From contig OX597814.1 of NCBI GenBank assembly GCA_951406725.2, forward strand, positions 94,116,001 to 94,180,000: a stretch of DNA of 64,000 nt, in the 5' to 3' direction. Positions 31,862 through 46,050 of this stretch are shown piece by piece; within the stretch, counting starts at the first letter, position 1; each line of letters starts with the position of its first letter. The translations under genes were made by a program, and so were the position numbers. Under the pieces are notes generated by a model. That model saw only the letters and a list, made by a program, of their open reading frames with translations. It was not told the DNA's origin and ran no database searches. The DNA is from Octopus vulgaris. Taxonomy: Eukaryota.

Positions 31862-32322
31862 CAGAGAGAGAGAGAGAGAGAGAGAGAGAAGTCAAGAGAG
31901 AGAAAATGGAAGAGATGAGAGGAAATTGGAGAGATTAGAAGAATCATAAGATACGTTACTAGATTCCGTGCTCGAAAATAAACTTGAGGTTACATGTAAG
32001 GTATTTTGTAGTGCCCTTGTAAGAAATCAGATTAGCGGAGCAGATATTTTCTCAAGTACGACTGGATTAAATATTAAAATCTAGTTAAGATTTGTCTTTA
32101 TAGTGAACAAAAAGCAGTGGTAGAGGCTGCCTATTCTCTGCTGTACAATTTGAAGAACTTGGCTGCTTTATCTAGTATACCGTGTGATTGTGTAACGTTC
32201 TGTTTTTCTTCGATTTCTCTGCATTTTCATCCAATTTATGTTTTGTCATTACATAATATTTAATTTATATTTCTGTTCATTTGTAGAGTTGGTATCATTC
32301 TGCATTCTTTGATTACTTTCAG

Positions 32323-32403
32323 CTAAATTACACTGGTGCCAGTATGAATCCTGCAAGATCCTTAGGCCCTGCAATTATAATGCAAAAATGGGAAGATCAC
32401 TGG
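32323..32403 (+). CDS. Internal exon of a classical (AQP4/AQP1-like) aquaporin, loop E with second NPA motif
   Basis: Acceptor ttctttgattactttcag (AG 32321-32322) and donor GTAAG at 32404 bracket 81 bp = [27 protein letters not shown]. It has the MIP-family NPAR motif and matches the 81-bp phase-0 loop-E exon of vertebrate AQP1/AQP4 as I recall it. Too short for the ORF track. Confidence 0.95.
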
Positions 32404-32539
32404 GTAAGATTTCCTTTCTTTTTTTTTTTGTTTTCTTTACAAAAATTCCGAATCTCTTTTTCTTCACTATAAACATTAACAAGTCCTTAAATAAGAAATG
32501 AAGAAACGCTTGAGCATCTGATATATGATTTTCATTGCT

Positions 32540-33050
32540 TAATAATGTTTTCTACAGTCAAATACAACTGGAAACATAATCTTGTTGCATGTGGGCTAAC
32601 AGTAGATTTTTGCCTTATAAAAATTTGGCGAATCAAATATTGTTTCCGTCAACGTAAACAAAATTCTCGACCGTTTCTGGAATGCGAATCTCTTGTCGAC
32701 TTTACGCGTTTGCGGATCCCATCCGTTTCATTACATACATGTGTCTCACCGTGGAATTTCATCTGACATTCTATTAAATCTTGTGGGCAGTTAGGTTTGG
32801 TTTGTCTCCTAGTCTCTTCTTTTTACACATAAATGATCTACTTACTGCCCTGTCCGAAAGTGCTCAATCGTACACAGATGATAATATTTTTGATTTCTCC
32901 CTAAACTTAGCCATGCCTCATCAGCGTGCAAACTAACCTCCCACCGCAAACCAGCACTAACTCCATGAAAACAAATCTGAAAAACATTTTCAAATAGAAA
33001 AATTCCAAACTTGTTTCTTTCAGCAACATAGAAAAGAAAACCCTGCACTT
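32540..33050 (+). mobile_element. Highly decayed CR1/Jockey-type LINE RT fragment
   Basis: LFFLHINDLLTALSESAQSYTDD (cf. LFLLYINDL...YADD) around 32812-32883, with upstream LVACGL..WRIK. Confidence 0.5.
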
Positions 33051-34253
33051 CTCATAACAAGAAAATATCGTCGGTCACAAAACCCTTAAAATATGCAGAG
33101 CGCATATAATGTAAATAATGTAGTTGTGGTTTATTATATAACAACCCTCCTTTGAACTCCTTAATGACAAGTAGCACTCTACTATTACTACCTTTCCAGG
33201 CAAACATTGCTCAAATTAAAAGTAGTCTCCACTATCCATATAACATCCTACATCTGTCTCCGTTACCAGAAAAATCAATCGCACATAACACTACAGTTCT
33301 ACAACATTTAGAATTTATCATTTGATTGCCTTCGTAACATCCCCCAACATTCTACCTATATCCACAGAATATCCCTAAATTCTTCTCTCCTCCCTTTTTT
33401 CTTAGCTAGCGAATCATAAACTCCGATTCTATGCTTAATTGAGTTTATTTATGCATTTATATTTCTTCGCTTCTTAATTTTTACTTTTCTTTATTCTTTA
33501 TCGTTATTTTATCTTCGGTCCTTTCCCAGCTACCCACTTCTCTAAATCTAGTATAATAAAATATCACCTACACCCCAACTATAGCCTATCAAAGAACTTG
33601 TCTAACTGACTCCTATTTTACCCGGGACGCTGACCTTAAATATCATATCACAACTTTTCACAAACTATGTTCTTAACCTAACCCCACACCTTAATAACAT
33701 CAACGTCCAAACTTTTTGGTCACTCTCGACACGTCCCTGTCGTATTCCTGGGATTCATTTTCATTTTTTTTCATCTAGTTTCAGCTCACGAGCTGTGGCC
33801 ATGCTGGGGCACCGCCATTCGATGTTCATTTGTTTGTGAAATTATGCTACATCTGGTGATTATAGTTCGTTTTGTAATGAAGTAATGTTCTCATTGTTCT
33901 ATTAACAAAATGTGCAAGAAAAATCTGTAACATGTTGCTTAACATACTAGAAAGACTAGTCAGAAATGTCCAAAACACAGTTAAGAGCAATTTCGAAGGG
34001 AATGAAAATTAAAAACATTTACCATGTTTTACAACCGGACCTCAGATTTCGAACTTTAATTAGCAAATAAAATAATTTGCAAGGCGAAGTTCTCATCAGC
34101 AGATACGCCAAAATATTAACATATAAATTAGAGACCAAATAACACGTTCGCATCCTTATGTATTATAATTTATCTATCTTCCATGCAAGCGCAGATTAAA
34201 TCGGCAGCAAATAAAAATTCCGACTAAACTTCAGGAATTGCAAAAATCAATTC

Positions 34254-34411
34254 TTAAAATTAATATAGGGTAGGAAAAATTATAGATTTTTTTGTCCTTA
34301 AATGTACACTAATTTTTATGTGCAAAATATGTCTATTGACTTCGTGTATATACTAGGCCATTGGTAGAAAAAGAAATTCTATAATTTTTTCCTACCCTAT
34401 ATTAATTTTAA
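34254..34411. repeat. 158-bp MITE-like fold-back with ~33-bp near-perfect inverted ends
   Basis: ttaaaattaatatagggtaggaaaaattataga / tctataattttttcctaccctatattaattttaa. Confidence 0.85.
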
Positions 34412-34435
34412 TTATATATATTTGTTTACAAATAT

Positions 34436-34490
<55 letters not shown>

Positions 34491-34788
34491 ATATGTCGCA
34501 AATCTGTTTTAATATACTTTCTATGGTTAAATAGCTTTCTGGCTATTTAAGAACCTATCAGCTCACCTCTATGTGACGTTCAGTGCATTACATAAACCAT
34601 ATTAATTTTCAAAAAAACATGTCGCTCTCATTATATAAACTAAATGATGTAGTTACAGAAGTATTCTCTTAGAAGAACAAGAAATATCAATGCTAGCAAT
34701 GCGTATGATTATAGGTTTATTCTTCCTGGGCTGATATGTGCCTAAAGAAAAATTATGGGTATCTAAATATCTATCTATCCGCGTATCC

Positions 34789-34844
<56 letters not shown>

Positions 34845-35029
34845 ATAATAAGACAAGGTAGAAAATGCTAAAATAATTTTATCAAGAATATTTTAGTACC
34901 AGTTTTTCAACACAGAGTAAAGTATGAAAAACAAATAAACTGTTGGAAAAATGAAATAAAATATTTTTTTTAGTATTTCCATTTTTTTTTCTGTTTGTCT
35001 CTATCTCTCTCTTTTACTCTTATTACTAT

Positions 35030-36569
35030 CCACACAGCTCTTACCAGATCCCGTTTCGTAGACCGTGCTTCTGCTCTCTCTCCCCGCACCCGCCTCGCTG
35101 TTGTACGTCTCCTGTTTCTCCTCACCTACCACTCATCCACTCATCTCCTAACGCACCATTCTCCGACCCTTCCGTCGACTACAGTCTGAACCATCCACCT
35201 CGCACATCTTCCCCAACCTACCCGTTTCCTTCTTCAAACGAGCCCACAACCTGCGTGACCTCTTGGTAAACATTTTCTTCCCTAACCCCACCTCCCAGCC
35301 TGGCTTGTTCCCCTGCTCCCGCCCACGCTGCCGCACTTGTTCCTACCTCTCCAACACCACCATCCTCACAAGCCTCCATCATCGTCCTTATCATATCACC
35401 GACTCGTTTACCTGCACTTCGAGCAACGTCATTTACTGCAATTCATGCTCTTTTTGCCCTTCTCTGAACATCCGTCAAATGGGACACTGCTTGGCTCGTC
35501 GGTTCACGGAGCACCTCCGAGATATCAGACTCATCAAAGTTACCTCGGTCTCGCGCCATTTCCGCTCTACCGGTCATTCACTACAATACCTGTCTGCGTT
35601 CGGACTGTTTTTGCACAGAAGCCATCCGGAATCCTGCCTTCGTTGTGAAGAGGAATTTAAAATTCTCTTTTCGCTCCTATACCCCACATGGAATCAACTC
35701 CCCTCCTATCTTCATCTGAGTCCCTTCCTCTTCTCTCTTCACCTGACACCTACTTCCTCTCTTCACTCCTACCCATCTTCTCTCCTCATTGATACCCAAC
35801 TCCCACACACCCCATTCCTACATACCCACCCCTATCCCAAACCACCACGTATCCCCCACCTCACATCGCCACATCACCCCACACCCTCACACTACCCCAC
35901 ACACCGCATCACCCGCACACCTAAACACTATCATCCACACATTACAGCCGCACACATCCACATGTGAAAGTCACTAGCCCCTATCCACAAACATATGCAC
36001 TTACACATTCTCACATAAACACACACGCACTCGCCCCAGAGTTTTGGGATCACCAATACTTTATTATCTCCCATTCTTTCTACCGCTCCCATCAAAACTT
36101 TTTTCCCCACCAGCCGCCATGCTTGATCGTTAAATCCACAATTTATTTATTATCTCTCTTATCCCTTTCTACATATACGACAGGCTTTTTGTAGTTTCCG
36201 TCTACCAAACCCACTCATAAGGCTTTGGTCGCACCAAAACTATAGTAGAAAACACTTGCCCAAGGTGCTACGTAGTGGGACTGAACCCGCGATCATGTGG
36301 TTGGTAAACAAGCTACTTACCACACAGCCACTCCTGCGCCTACACACACATACACGTATGTGTGTGTGCATGTGACCGCATGTATATCATTGGCGATTTT
36401 CTTTCTCCGTGTTCCCTTCCTTGTACCTTTCCTTTTTCTATGATTCTGACGAAGAGCTCCGCTCGGAACGTTAAATCTTCCTTCTTTTTTTCCTTTTCTT
36501 AGCGCCCAATAACACTATACTTGTTCCACGTCTCGCGTTCTTGTGTTTCCTCTTAGTTCTTTTTGGGAG

Positions 36570-36570
<1 letters not shown>
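35030..36570 (+). mobile_element. Penelope-like element (Neptune-type), linker, GIY-YIG endonuclease and 3' region
   Basis: FKRAHNLRDLLV, PCSRPRCRTC, FTCTSSNVIYCNSCSFC, LARRFTEHLRDI, VSRHF. Hammerhead-like CTGACGA-a-gagc(tcc)gctc-GGAAC-GTT at 36446-36472. Interrupted by a SINE at 36170-36345. Confidence 0.85.
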
Positions 36571-36610
<40 letters not shown>

Positions 36611-37759
36611 CTATCTGACTGAAGTTCGTAAGGTGGTAAGATCGTTAGCACACGGGGGAAAATGGTTTGTGGTACTTTTTCCATACATTTGGAGTTCAAA
36701 TCCTGCTGAGGTTGACTTTGCCTTTCGTCTTTTCGGAGTCGATAATATAAGTACCAGTTGAACACTGGGACAGATGTAATCGACTTCTTCACCACACCCC
36801 GAAATTTCTGGCCTCAAGTCAAAATTTGAAAGCAATATAGCTATTTATCTTGTTCATACTAACTGCTACAACCATCACTGACTTGGAGAAAAACAACAAT
36901 ACGCAGATGAGACATCTAGTAAATGGTTCGCGGTATGTACGTATCCTTTCATTTTATTGCCAGGTAATTTGATCGTAACAAAGTCACATCTTGAGCCAAT
37001 ATATTGTCGATAAATATATCACCTTGCCAAATACATTGTTGCTAAACGTATTGCGATATTTTTCTGTTCGCGGAGCAAGTATTAAAGTGTTTCATTAATT
37101 TACTCAATATATACATAAGTAGGCTCGCTAAAGTTACCTTTAAATATACTTCCATAAAGTACTGCTGTTAGAAACGATATTTTAAATTAGGAAGAATGAA
37201 GAAATATTCTAAAGCAACAAATTATAATCAATACCACTTAAAAATTCCATATTTCACGATTTTGATATTCATTGATGATGAGATGAATCCCCCTTGAGCT
37301 ATACATTCTATTCTGTGATGTGGAATTTCTGCAGGGGCGCTAAGCTGTTCAATTATTTCTTTGTTTTACTTCTTTTATCGTTCTTTTCCAAGGATTAAAA
37401 ATCTTCCTAATCGGAGGATGGAAATTTGTGTTTTTGTAATCCTTTTACGTTGTTACTGATATTTGACTTGTATAAAAACATTAAAATAATGTTTGAAGTT
37501 ACAAAAGTATGATGGATAAATTTACTGATGACTCCAAATATAATTACCGTGTACTGTAATTTCCCAGGTGATGAAATTACAATTTATGCATTTACTGTGT
37601 TCTAATTAGCTGTGACGAATGTACATCGAAACTGTTGATGGTTTATATCAGACGCATTAAAATTGCTGCTCAACCTCTCTCAAAATGTTTATTGAATAAT
37701 ACAGGTCTGAATACACCATGCATCACAATAAGATATTATAGAGTATTGGCTGGGGTGGG

Positions 37760-38171
37760 GGATCTTTCCGGTTTGAAGGGCATTTTTTAAAAATAATTTC
37801 CACGTAACTAAGCACTTTTAAACTTCGTATACTGATAGAATGTGTTTATAAAGCATCTTTTTCTTTTGGCTTTATTGAGAAAATTCTATAGTTTGTAAGA
37901 CATTTGTTGTTTATTTTGCAATTTCTGCAATTTCAACCAATCAATGACGTCTATTGATGCGAAAACGTTCTGTGCCGTATGAATATGTCCCTGGTTTAAG
38001 AAACAGATTGGGTTTATTTACATTTCTGAAGAAAAAAATACCCTTCCCTTACCCCTAACCCTAACCCTAAAACAGATTGAAATGCAATAGATCGATACTA
38101 GGGTTATAATTATGGGTGACAATTTCATATGACACCGCTAGAGAACACTGCCGTTCAAACTGAAAAGATCC
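37760..38171. mobile_element. 412-bp non-autonomous DNA transposon (MITE) with GG-starting TIRs and 8-bp TSD (Merlin-like)
   Basis: TIRs ggatctttccggtttgaagggca / tgccgttcaaactgaaaagatcc; TSD ggggtggg at 37752-37759 and 38172-38179; internal ccctaaccctaaccctaa. Confidence 0.85.
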
Positions 38172-40889
38172 GGGGTGGGTTTCATTTTTAGCCTTTTCGA
38201 TTAGCACGATAAACAACTGAAAATTGTAATGCATGAAGCATACAAATATATTAATTCCGTCGAACTTGGCGATCGTTCTGGCGTTTTTAATGAGTTTTAA
38301 GGCAAGCCTAATATTTGAATATTCGAAAATAAACCACAAGCGGATCGAAATCATGCAAAGTCGGTCCTCTTTTTACTCTATGCAGAAGAAATATCAGCAG
38401 ATATTTGCTTACCTTTATGCAAAGAATTCAGATTTGTTGGTAACAAGTAAAGTCTCTCAAGTTCGCATATCATTGGAAGAAATGAGTTTCTCACGTTCTG
38501 AATAAAGCTCTCGACGAGCTAAAATGTTTTATTTATTTATTTGTTCTTGATCTATAAGAGTGGACAACGTTGAGGATAACAGGAAATTACAACGAATTAG
38601 TTGAATGCATGCGTGTGGGGAGATAGGTCAGAGATAAATTTTCTGTTACTTTCGGTAGGAAAGAGTAAAGCTGATGATGGAAAGAAACTACGAACAGAGC
38701 GGGCGGGATTAGGATAGGAAGGGGGAGGTTGGTTATTAAACAGTCAGGAGGGGGTTTTGTTCGGCAGGTCAATGAAAACAGTAAAGCATTGTAAGAGCAT
38801 TATCGTTAGGCAAAGAATTAAAGTATCCTGGAGAAAATTTTGCAGTATGATCCGGCTCTCTACACCATTCAAATCCCATTGAGATCAACTTTGCCATTAA
38901 GCATTTTAAGATCGATAAATAAAATTCCAGTTCAATTCTGAATTAATTATTCTCTCTCTTACACTCTTACTTACTCTTTCTCTCTTACACCCTCTTTCCT
39001 TTTTCTCTGTATTGTTCCTGTAATTCAAATGTCAGCCAGGTGAAATTAATTTTAACTTTCATTCAAATATGAATTGAACATTATTTTCTATAAACATCTA
39101 AATGTGATTGAAAATAACAAACAATAGCGAATGAATGAATATGAGTGTTGCCAGTTTTCTTTATTGCGGTGTCAATGGTTGAGATATATTGTGTCAATAA
39201 ATCAATGCTTGACATCCTAAGTGATGCTGCTAAACTTAACTAATATAGAAAACAGCAACTAAATGTTACATCTATCATTTCCTGTTAACTAGAACGACAC
39301 TGTTGTTATATTTATTATGTATACGATCACTATTACAGTCCTATTGAATTAAACAATATAACAAGTTTGATGTATGAAGAAGGGAAGATGAAATGTTTGG
39401 TCACACAATTTATTTGAATGCCTATGTTAATGCAAAATACGTGAGCAGTAATTTAATTTTATGCTCATCATTATCATCTTCTTTACTTTGTTCAGCTGGA
39501 TTAGCAGAATAGATTGAGCATCAGACAAAATGCCTTGCGGTATTTAGTTAATAAACTTTTCGTTCTGAGTTCAAATCACATAGCATTATACTTTGTTTTT
39601 CGTCTTCCGGTGGTGAATAAAATAATTACCCTGGGGTTAATATGATCGACTATTCCATCGCTGTTACACCAAATAAATAAATAAATATAATCCTAAAATT
39701 TTGTCTTTGTAAGAAACTCATATTGGTTTCAAATTTTGGCACAAGGCCAGCACTTTCAGGAGAAGAGTTAAATCGATTACATCAACCCCAGTGTTCAACT
39801 GGTACTTATTTTATCGACGCCGAACGAATGAAAGATAATGTCAACCTTGGCAGAATTTGAACTCAAAACATAAAGACCGACGAGCAAGAAACTAATATTA
39901 TAGTCCATAAGATGGTGGAGCGCCGACAGAATCATTAGATTTACGTTCTGGGTTCAAATTTCACCGGGGTCGACATTGCCTTTCATCCTTTTGAGGCCGA
40001 TAAAATAAGTACCAGTTGAACACTGAAGTCAATTTGATCGACTTAGCCTCCAAATTACTGACAATCGCTTATCCCTCTTGCCGCCAGAGTGATTCGCTTC
40101 AAAAACAACAGAATAAAAATAAAAGACAAAATAAGTCTTACGTCGAAAACAATGGTGGTAATGCTTTTCCATACAAAAAAGAAAAAAAAATTCCCTATAA
40201 CTCATTTTGAGAGGACTTAAGTGTAGAAATATCGAATTAGCTAAAAGCATTAGTAACGATAAATCGAATGCGTGATACAAAACATGATCCATACCAAAGC
40301 TATATCTACATTAAATTCTCTCTACAATATATTGCATGGTGTTAAAAAGGATTATATTTTCTTGAGACACATAATCCAAAGAAACTACAGATTTCAATAT
40401 CTAGTTTGTAAGTAACAGCTTGATGAAAACAAAACACTTTTAACTTTGCATTTAGAAAATCTTTGAGCATAACTTTTACTTGAGTTCTTGCTCTAGTTTT
40501 TGATCACCATTGAAACTCTTTCGTTAAGGATAAACAGAAACAGCCATAGTATGAGATTTCCCTTGTACCTTCACAAGAGACTCGGTTTCTGATATTCTGG
40601 TCAAACTATCAAATAGAATGAAATAGAGTATCAGCGAACAGGCATACAAAATAATGTTGCTTAACTGTATGATTTTTGCAATATGAAATAATAAAGAAGG
40701 AACTAAAATGCGACAACCGATGTAGTTTATGTAGTTTTAATGGTTAAAACGATAATTCCAAGTGGAGATATGCATAATTTTACCGGTGCGTGTAAGCGCA
40801 CATATATATATACACACACACACAAACATATATATATATACATACATACATACATACATACATACATACAAACATACATACAAACATAC

Positions 40890-40962
<73 letters not shown>

Positions 40963-40967
<5 letters not shown>

Positions 40968-41957
40968 ATAAAACGGTAAGATAACAAAAGAAAGAAAGAG
41001 ACCTCAATATTATGTAAATAGAGGAAATTTATCTATACAATAATATGTTACTTTACTCGGTAGTCAAGATAAAACTCTGAGTTTCAGATGCCGAAGTGAA
41101 ATCCACAACACCATCTCTTCGGTTATCTGGCTATTTGAAAACGCTATGAAAAAATACCGTTAAATAAAGGGAAATTACTGTGTTATAACTCTGCTTGCCT
41201 GCGTACTTATACATCGCTCGCATTTTTCGTCATAAAAATTATATAAAAATACATAAAAAATGTATAAAAATATATAAAAATATATAAATTATTCTTGGGA
41301 CATAACATAGAAAGCACTAAAGACACCGTTTCGACGAAGAAATACGTGGGCCTTACAGAGGGTAATTTCAAGGCCAGGTTCAATAACCACACTTTGAGCT
41401 TTAGGCACTGGAACAAAAGAAAAGCGACACAATTATCTAATCATATTTGGTCTTTAAGAGATAAATGTGTCGATTATAACATACAATGGAAGATTTTGGC
41501 CAGATGTAAGCCCTATGCCAACGGCAGCGGAAGGTGCGGTCTATGCGACATGGAGAGATGGCTTATCTGGAAAAGCAGCTTAGACCCTACTATATGTCTA
41601 AATACAAGGACAGAGCTTTTCGGATCATGCCCACATGTGACTAAATTTCTGTTCGTTTTTGGTCCCCTAAAGAAAACAGATAGAACATGCTTTCTATGTT
41701 ATGTCCCAAGAAGAGTTTATATATTTTTATATATTTTTATATATTTTTTATGTATTTTTATATAATTTTTATGACGAAAAATGCGAGTGATGTATAAGTA
41801 CGCAGGCAAACACAGTAATTTCCCTTTATTTAACGGTATTTTTTCATAGCGTTTTCAAATAGCCACATAACCGAAGAGATGGTGTTGTGGATTTCCACTT
41901 CGGCATCTGAAACTCAGAGTTTTATCTTGACTACCGAGTAAAGTAACATATTATTGT
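40963..41957 (+). mobile_element. Penelope-like element: GIY-YIG C-terminal half flanked by ~270-bp inverted repeats
   Basis: KKYVGLTEGNFKARFNNHTLSF..LSNHIWSL..IQWKIL..PY..RCGLC.ME..LNTRTEL..CPH. 41037-41316 is the reverse complement of 41688-41957; (TA)n on both sides. Confidence 0.92.
41865..41927 (+). ncRNA. Hammerhead-like motif in Penelope terminal repeat (mirror copy 41067-41128, minus)
   Basis: a(g/c)ataa-CCGAAGA-gatg...catc-t-GAAA-ctcagag-TT-ttatct. The core has U4>C and an extra base before GAAA. Confidence 0.5.
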
Positions 41958-41984
41958 GTATATATATATATATATATATATATA

Positions 41985-42144
41985 CTTTATTTAAAGCAGC
42001 AGAAAATTCAGCAAAATATGTTCTCGTTGCCGTTCATCAGACAAAAACTGTCTGATGAACGGCAACGAGAAACTCAGAGTAACAGATTTTGTTGAATTTT
42101 CTGCTGCTTTAAATAAAGCATATTACTCTACCACTGGTATTTGA

Positions 42145-42147
<3 letters not shown>
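41985..42147. mobile_element. Palindromic Penelope terminal-repeat remnant in (TA)n
   Basis: 41985-42042 is the reverse complement of 42049-42118 with a ~10-bp deletion; same sequence as 48519-48600. Confidence 0.85.
42044..42090 (+). ncRNA. Minimal type I hammerhead ribozyme
   Basis: Stem I aaaactgt/acagatttt; core CTGATGA (42052-42058); short stem II cg-GCAA-cg; GAAA (42069-42072); palindromic stem III actc-a-gagt; GUA triplet 42079-42081. Confidence 0.7.
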
Positions 42148-42211
<64 letters not shown>

Positions 42212-42213
<2 letters not shown>

Positions 42214-42553
42214 ATAGTGTATGTAACATACACGAAGAGAAAACCACTATGTGGATTTCTTGCATGCTAGAAATGGCAGTCAAAGCCTAAAACTACGAAA
42301 GTATGATGTTCTCTTTTTTTTATTCACTGAAATGTCTTGCTCGCGTACAAATCAACGTACTTTGATAGAAGAATAATCTTTACGTAGTTTTAGTCTTTAA
42401 CTACCATTTTTAGCATGTAAAAAATCCACGTTGTGGTTTTCTTTTCGTGTATGTCTCATACACTATTATATTTGGAAATATTTATGTCTTCTGACATAAG
42501 CATTCTATCCACTGGTAAATAAATATTCAATTATTTTTACCCTTACATTTAAG
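42212..42553. repeat. Fold-back element (~90-bp inverted arms) with ccactggta tail
   Basis: 42212-42300 vs 42377-42468 are reverse complements. Confidence 0.8.
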
Positions 42554-42564
42554 TTCTTTTCACT

Positions 42565-42770
42565 TTCATCGGCAGATCGAGAAATTAATTTTCTGTAACG
42601 ACACACTTTAAAACTTCGGACACTGGTAGAATGTGTCATATAAAACATCTTTTACTCTTAGCGTTGTTGAGAACATTTTCTATCTATGAAGTTATTTCGT
42701 GTTAAAATTGTCGTATTTCGGTAATTTCAACCAATCAATGACGTATATTCAGCAGAATAAAATTATTGCT
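42565..42770 (+). mobile_element. Partial MITE related to 37760 and 53298
   Basis: gacactggtagaatg.gtcatataaaacatcttttactctta and aatttcaacca.tcaatgacgt are shared. Confidence 0.75.
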
Positions 42771-42801
42771 TTCAGATCCTTGCATTTATATTGATAGATA
42801 A

Positions 42802-42848
<47 letters not shown>

Positions 42849-43760
42849 TGTTTCTTTATTAGCCACACAGGGCTGCACACAGATAGAACAAATTACAAGG
42901 TAGAGCTTTTCTTTTGAAGGTTTAAAAAAAAAAAAAAAAAAAAGGAAGGGGGAGTTTCGATCAAAAGGGATCGTAAAAGGAGAGAAAGAGGACAAAAAAA
43001 GGGGGGTTAAAAAAAAAGGGGGAGAGAAAAAAAAAATTGATCAATAGGGATCGTTATCACAGAAATGTCAATATGAAGTGTAAAGGGGAGGACAGGTGAG
43101 GTTTACCCGTCGAAAGAAAAGCCTACGGAAAAGACCACGGTAACCTCGGTCAATGAAGTCACATTTTATATTTCTTTTTTTTTTTTTTTTGCAAATAAGC
43201 AACTCTCTGTTTTCGATTTCTGGGTTCATAGGACTATGCTCAAGGTGGCTTCGTCATTCATACGTGCCATTCTTGCTACATTCACCCATCTTTTTTTAAA
43301 ACATTCGCTAGACAAAACTTGCCTCTCTACTCTCACTTTCCTTTTCAAGTGGTACTTGAAGAAGTTGATGAGAGATTGACCAGAGAGGAAAGTGTTTGTC
43401 TCCAATCCTTTCAGACGCGTCCACCAGATACATTCTTTCGCCATAGCCACAAGGATGATGAAAATAGCTCTTCCTTCCCGTTTGAAGGAAGGAGGCGTGA
43501 CAATATTGACGATAGACTCAGCTGATAAACCGACTCGTCCCACACGTGACAGCAGTTGTTCGACATAAGCCCACAGGTCGGAAATTGTTGGACACTGAAC
43601 GAGTGCGTGCAGAACGGTTTCGTCGCTCTGACCGCATCTCGGGCAGGTCGGCCCCGTGTTTCTCGAGCCGTGTCTGTAGAGCTTATCCCGAACGGGTAGC
43701 GCTTCTCGGTAGCACTGCCAGGCCAGGGATCTCTGGAAGTTGTCCATGGGCCCTGGCCAG
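42849..43760 (-). mobile_element. Tx1/L1-clade LINE 3' end (ORF2 zf-RVT zinc finger, 3'UTR) in (GATA)n
   Basis: Open frame LAWQCYREALPVRDKL..CPRCGQSDETVLHALVQC..LW; AATAAA just before the (TATC)n tail; (GATA)n at both junctions. Confidence 0.88.
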
Positions 43761-44274
43761 ATAGATAGATAGACAGATAGATACAATATATCTGTATATT
43801 TTAGCAATACCGCTGTATGAAATCGACAGAAATAAGCACCATCACTTAAATACAATATCTTCGTAAACAGACAACGAGGGAAAGAAGAAATTAGTTACAA
43901 TCTTCTTTTGAGATTCCGCTGGCAACCGAATACTTTCAACTGTTATGAGGACAAAGTTGATAACCCCACTATTATTAAGGGGTTTCCTACATGGAGCATA
44001 TTCACTGCATCTAGTGCGATCAATAGTTCATTGGCGCGTTAAAGTCGTCCCAATGTAAAACAGTGTCTCTATGGAGAGTTAAGAATGGTAGGCAATGGAT
44101 GACGAAACCTCGGCATAGGATAAATTCTAGGCCAGCTCATCGATATTTTCTTAAAAATATTGAACACAGACACAAAGCATTCACATATGCCTATTGCATA
44201 CAATTTTGATAAAAATCTATAAATGTATTCTGAAATGAATATAGAATAATATTTTACACACATACATACATACA

Positions 44275-44305
<31 letters not shown>

Positions 44306-44920
44306 GTGCGTATGTGTGTGTATCTCTTATACACTTTATCAGATTCTGTTATGTTTCTTCACACTTTTGTCTTTTTCTTTGATATCATTCATTATCTTCA
44401 TGTTATTTTCTCTCTTGTTATGAATTCTTCCTCAGGAAAACATTTATCTTTTAAGATATCAATTCCAATTTACATTAGCATATTTATTTCATTGAATAGC
44501 TCCGATAAATTCTATTTTTCAATTTGTTGATGTTTATTATATTTCTTATAATGTTCTACATCACTCGCTTGTTCGCATTATTTTTCGCTCTTTCAATCAC
44601 AAAAGTAGCTGAATACATGTTTGTCTCTCCCACTTTATCTCTCTATCTGGATTGGACATTTTCATTCAATATAAATGAGCATATATCTAATATAACTGCA
44701 GTTATCTACTTCTACCCGAGTCTCGTCCACCGTTTTCCTTTCGTTCGTTCAATAACTTTCTCAACGTTTCATTCTATTTCATTATCTATTATACTAACTT
44801 ACCTCTAGTATTATTTAACTCGCAAATGAATGTCTCTCAGACTAGTCAACTCTAAGCGTTTGTGTATATCATATAATACACAAATATACACGCACACATA
44901 CATACATGAATGAATATTTT

Positions 44921-46050
<1,130 letters not shown>

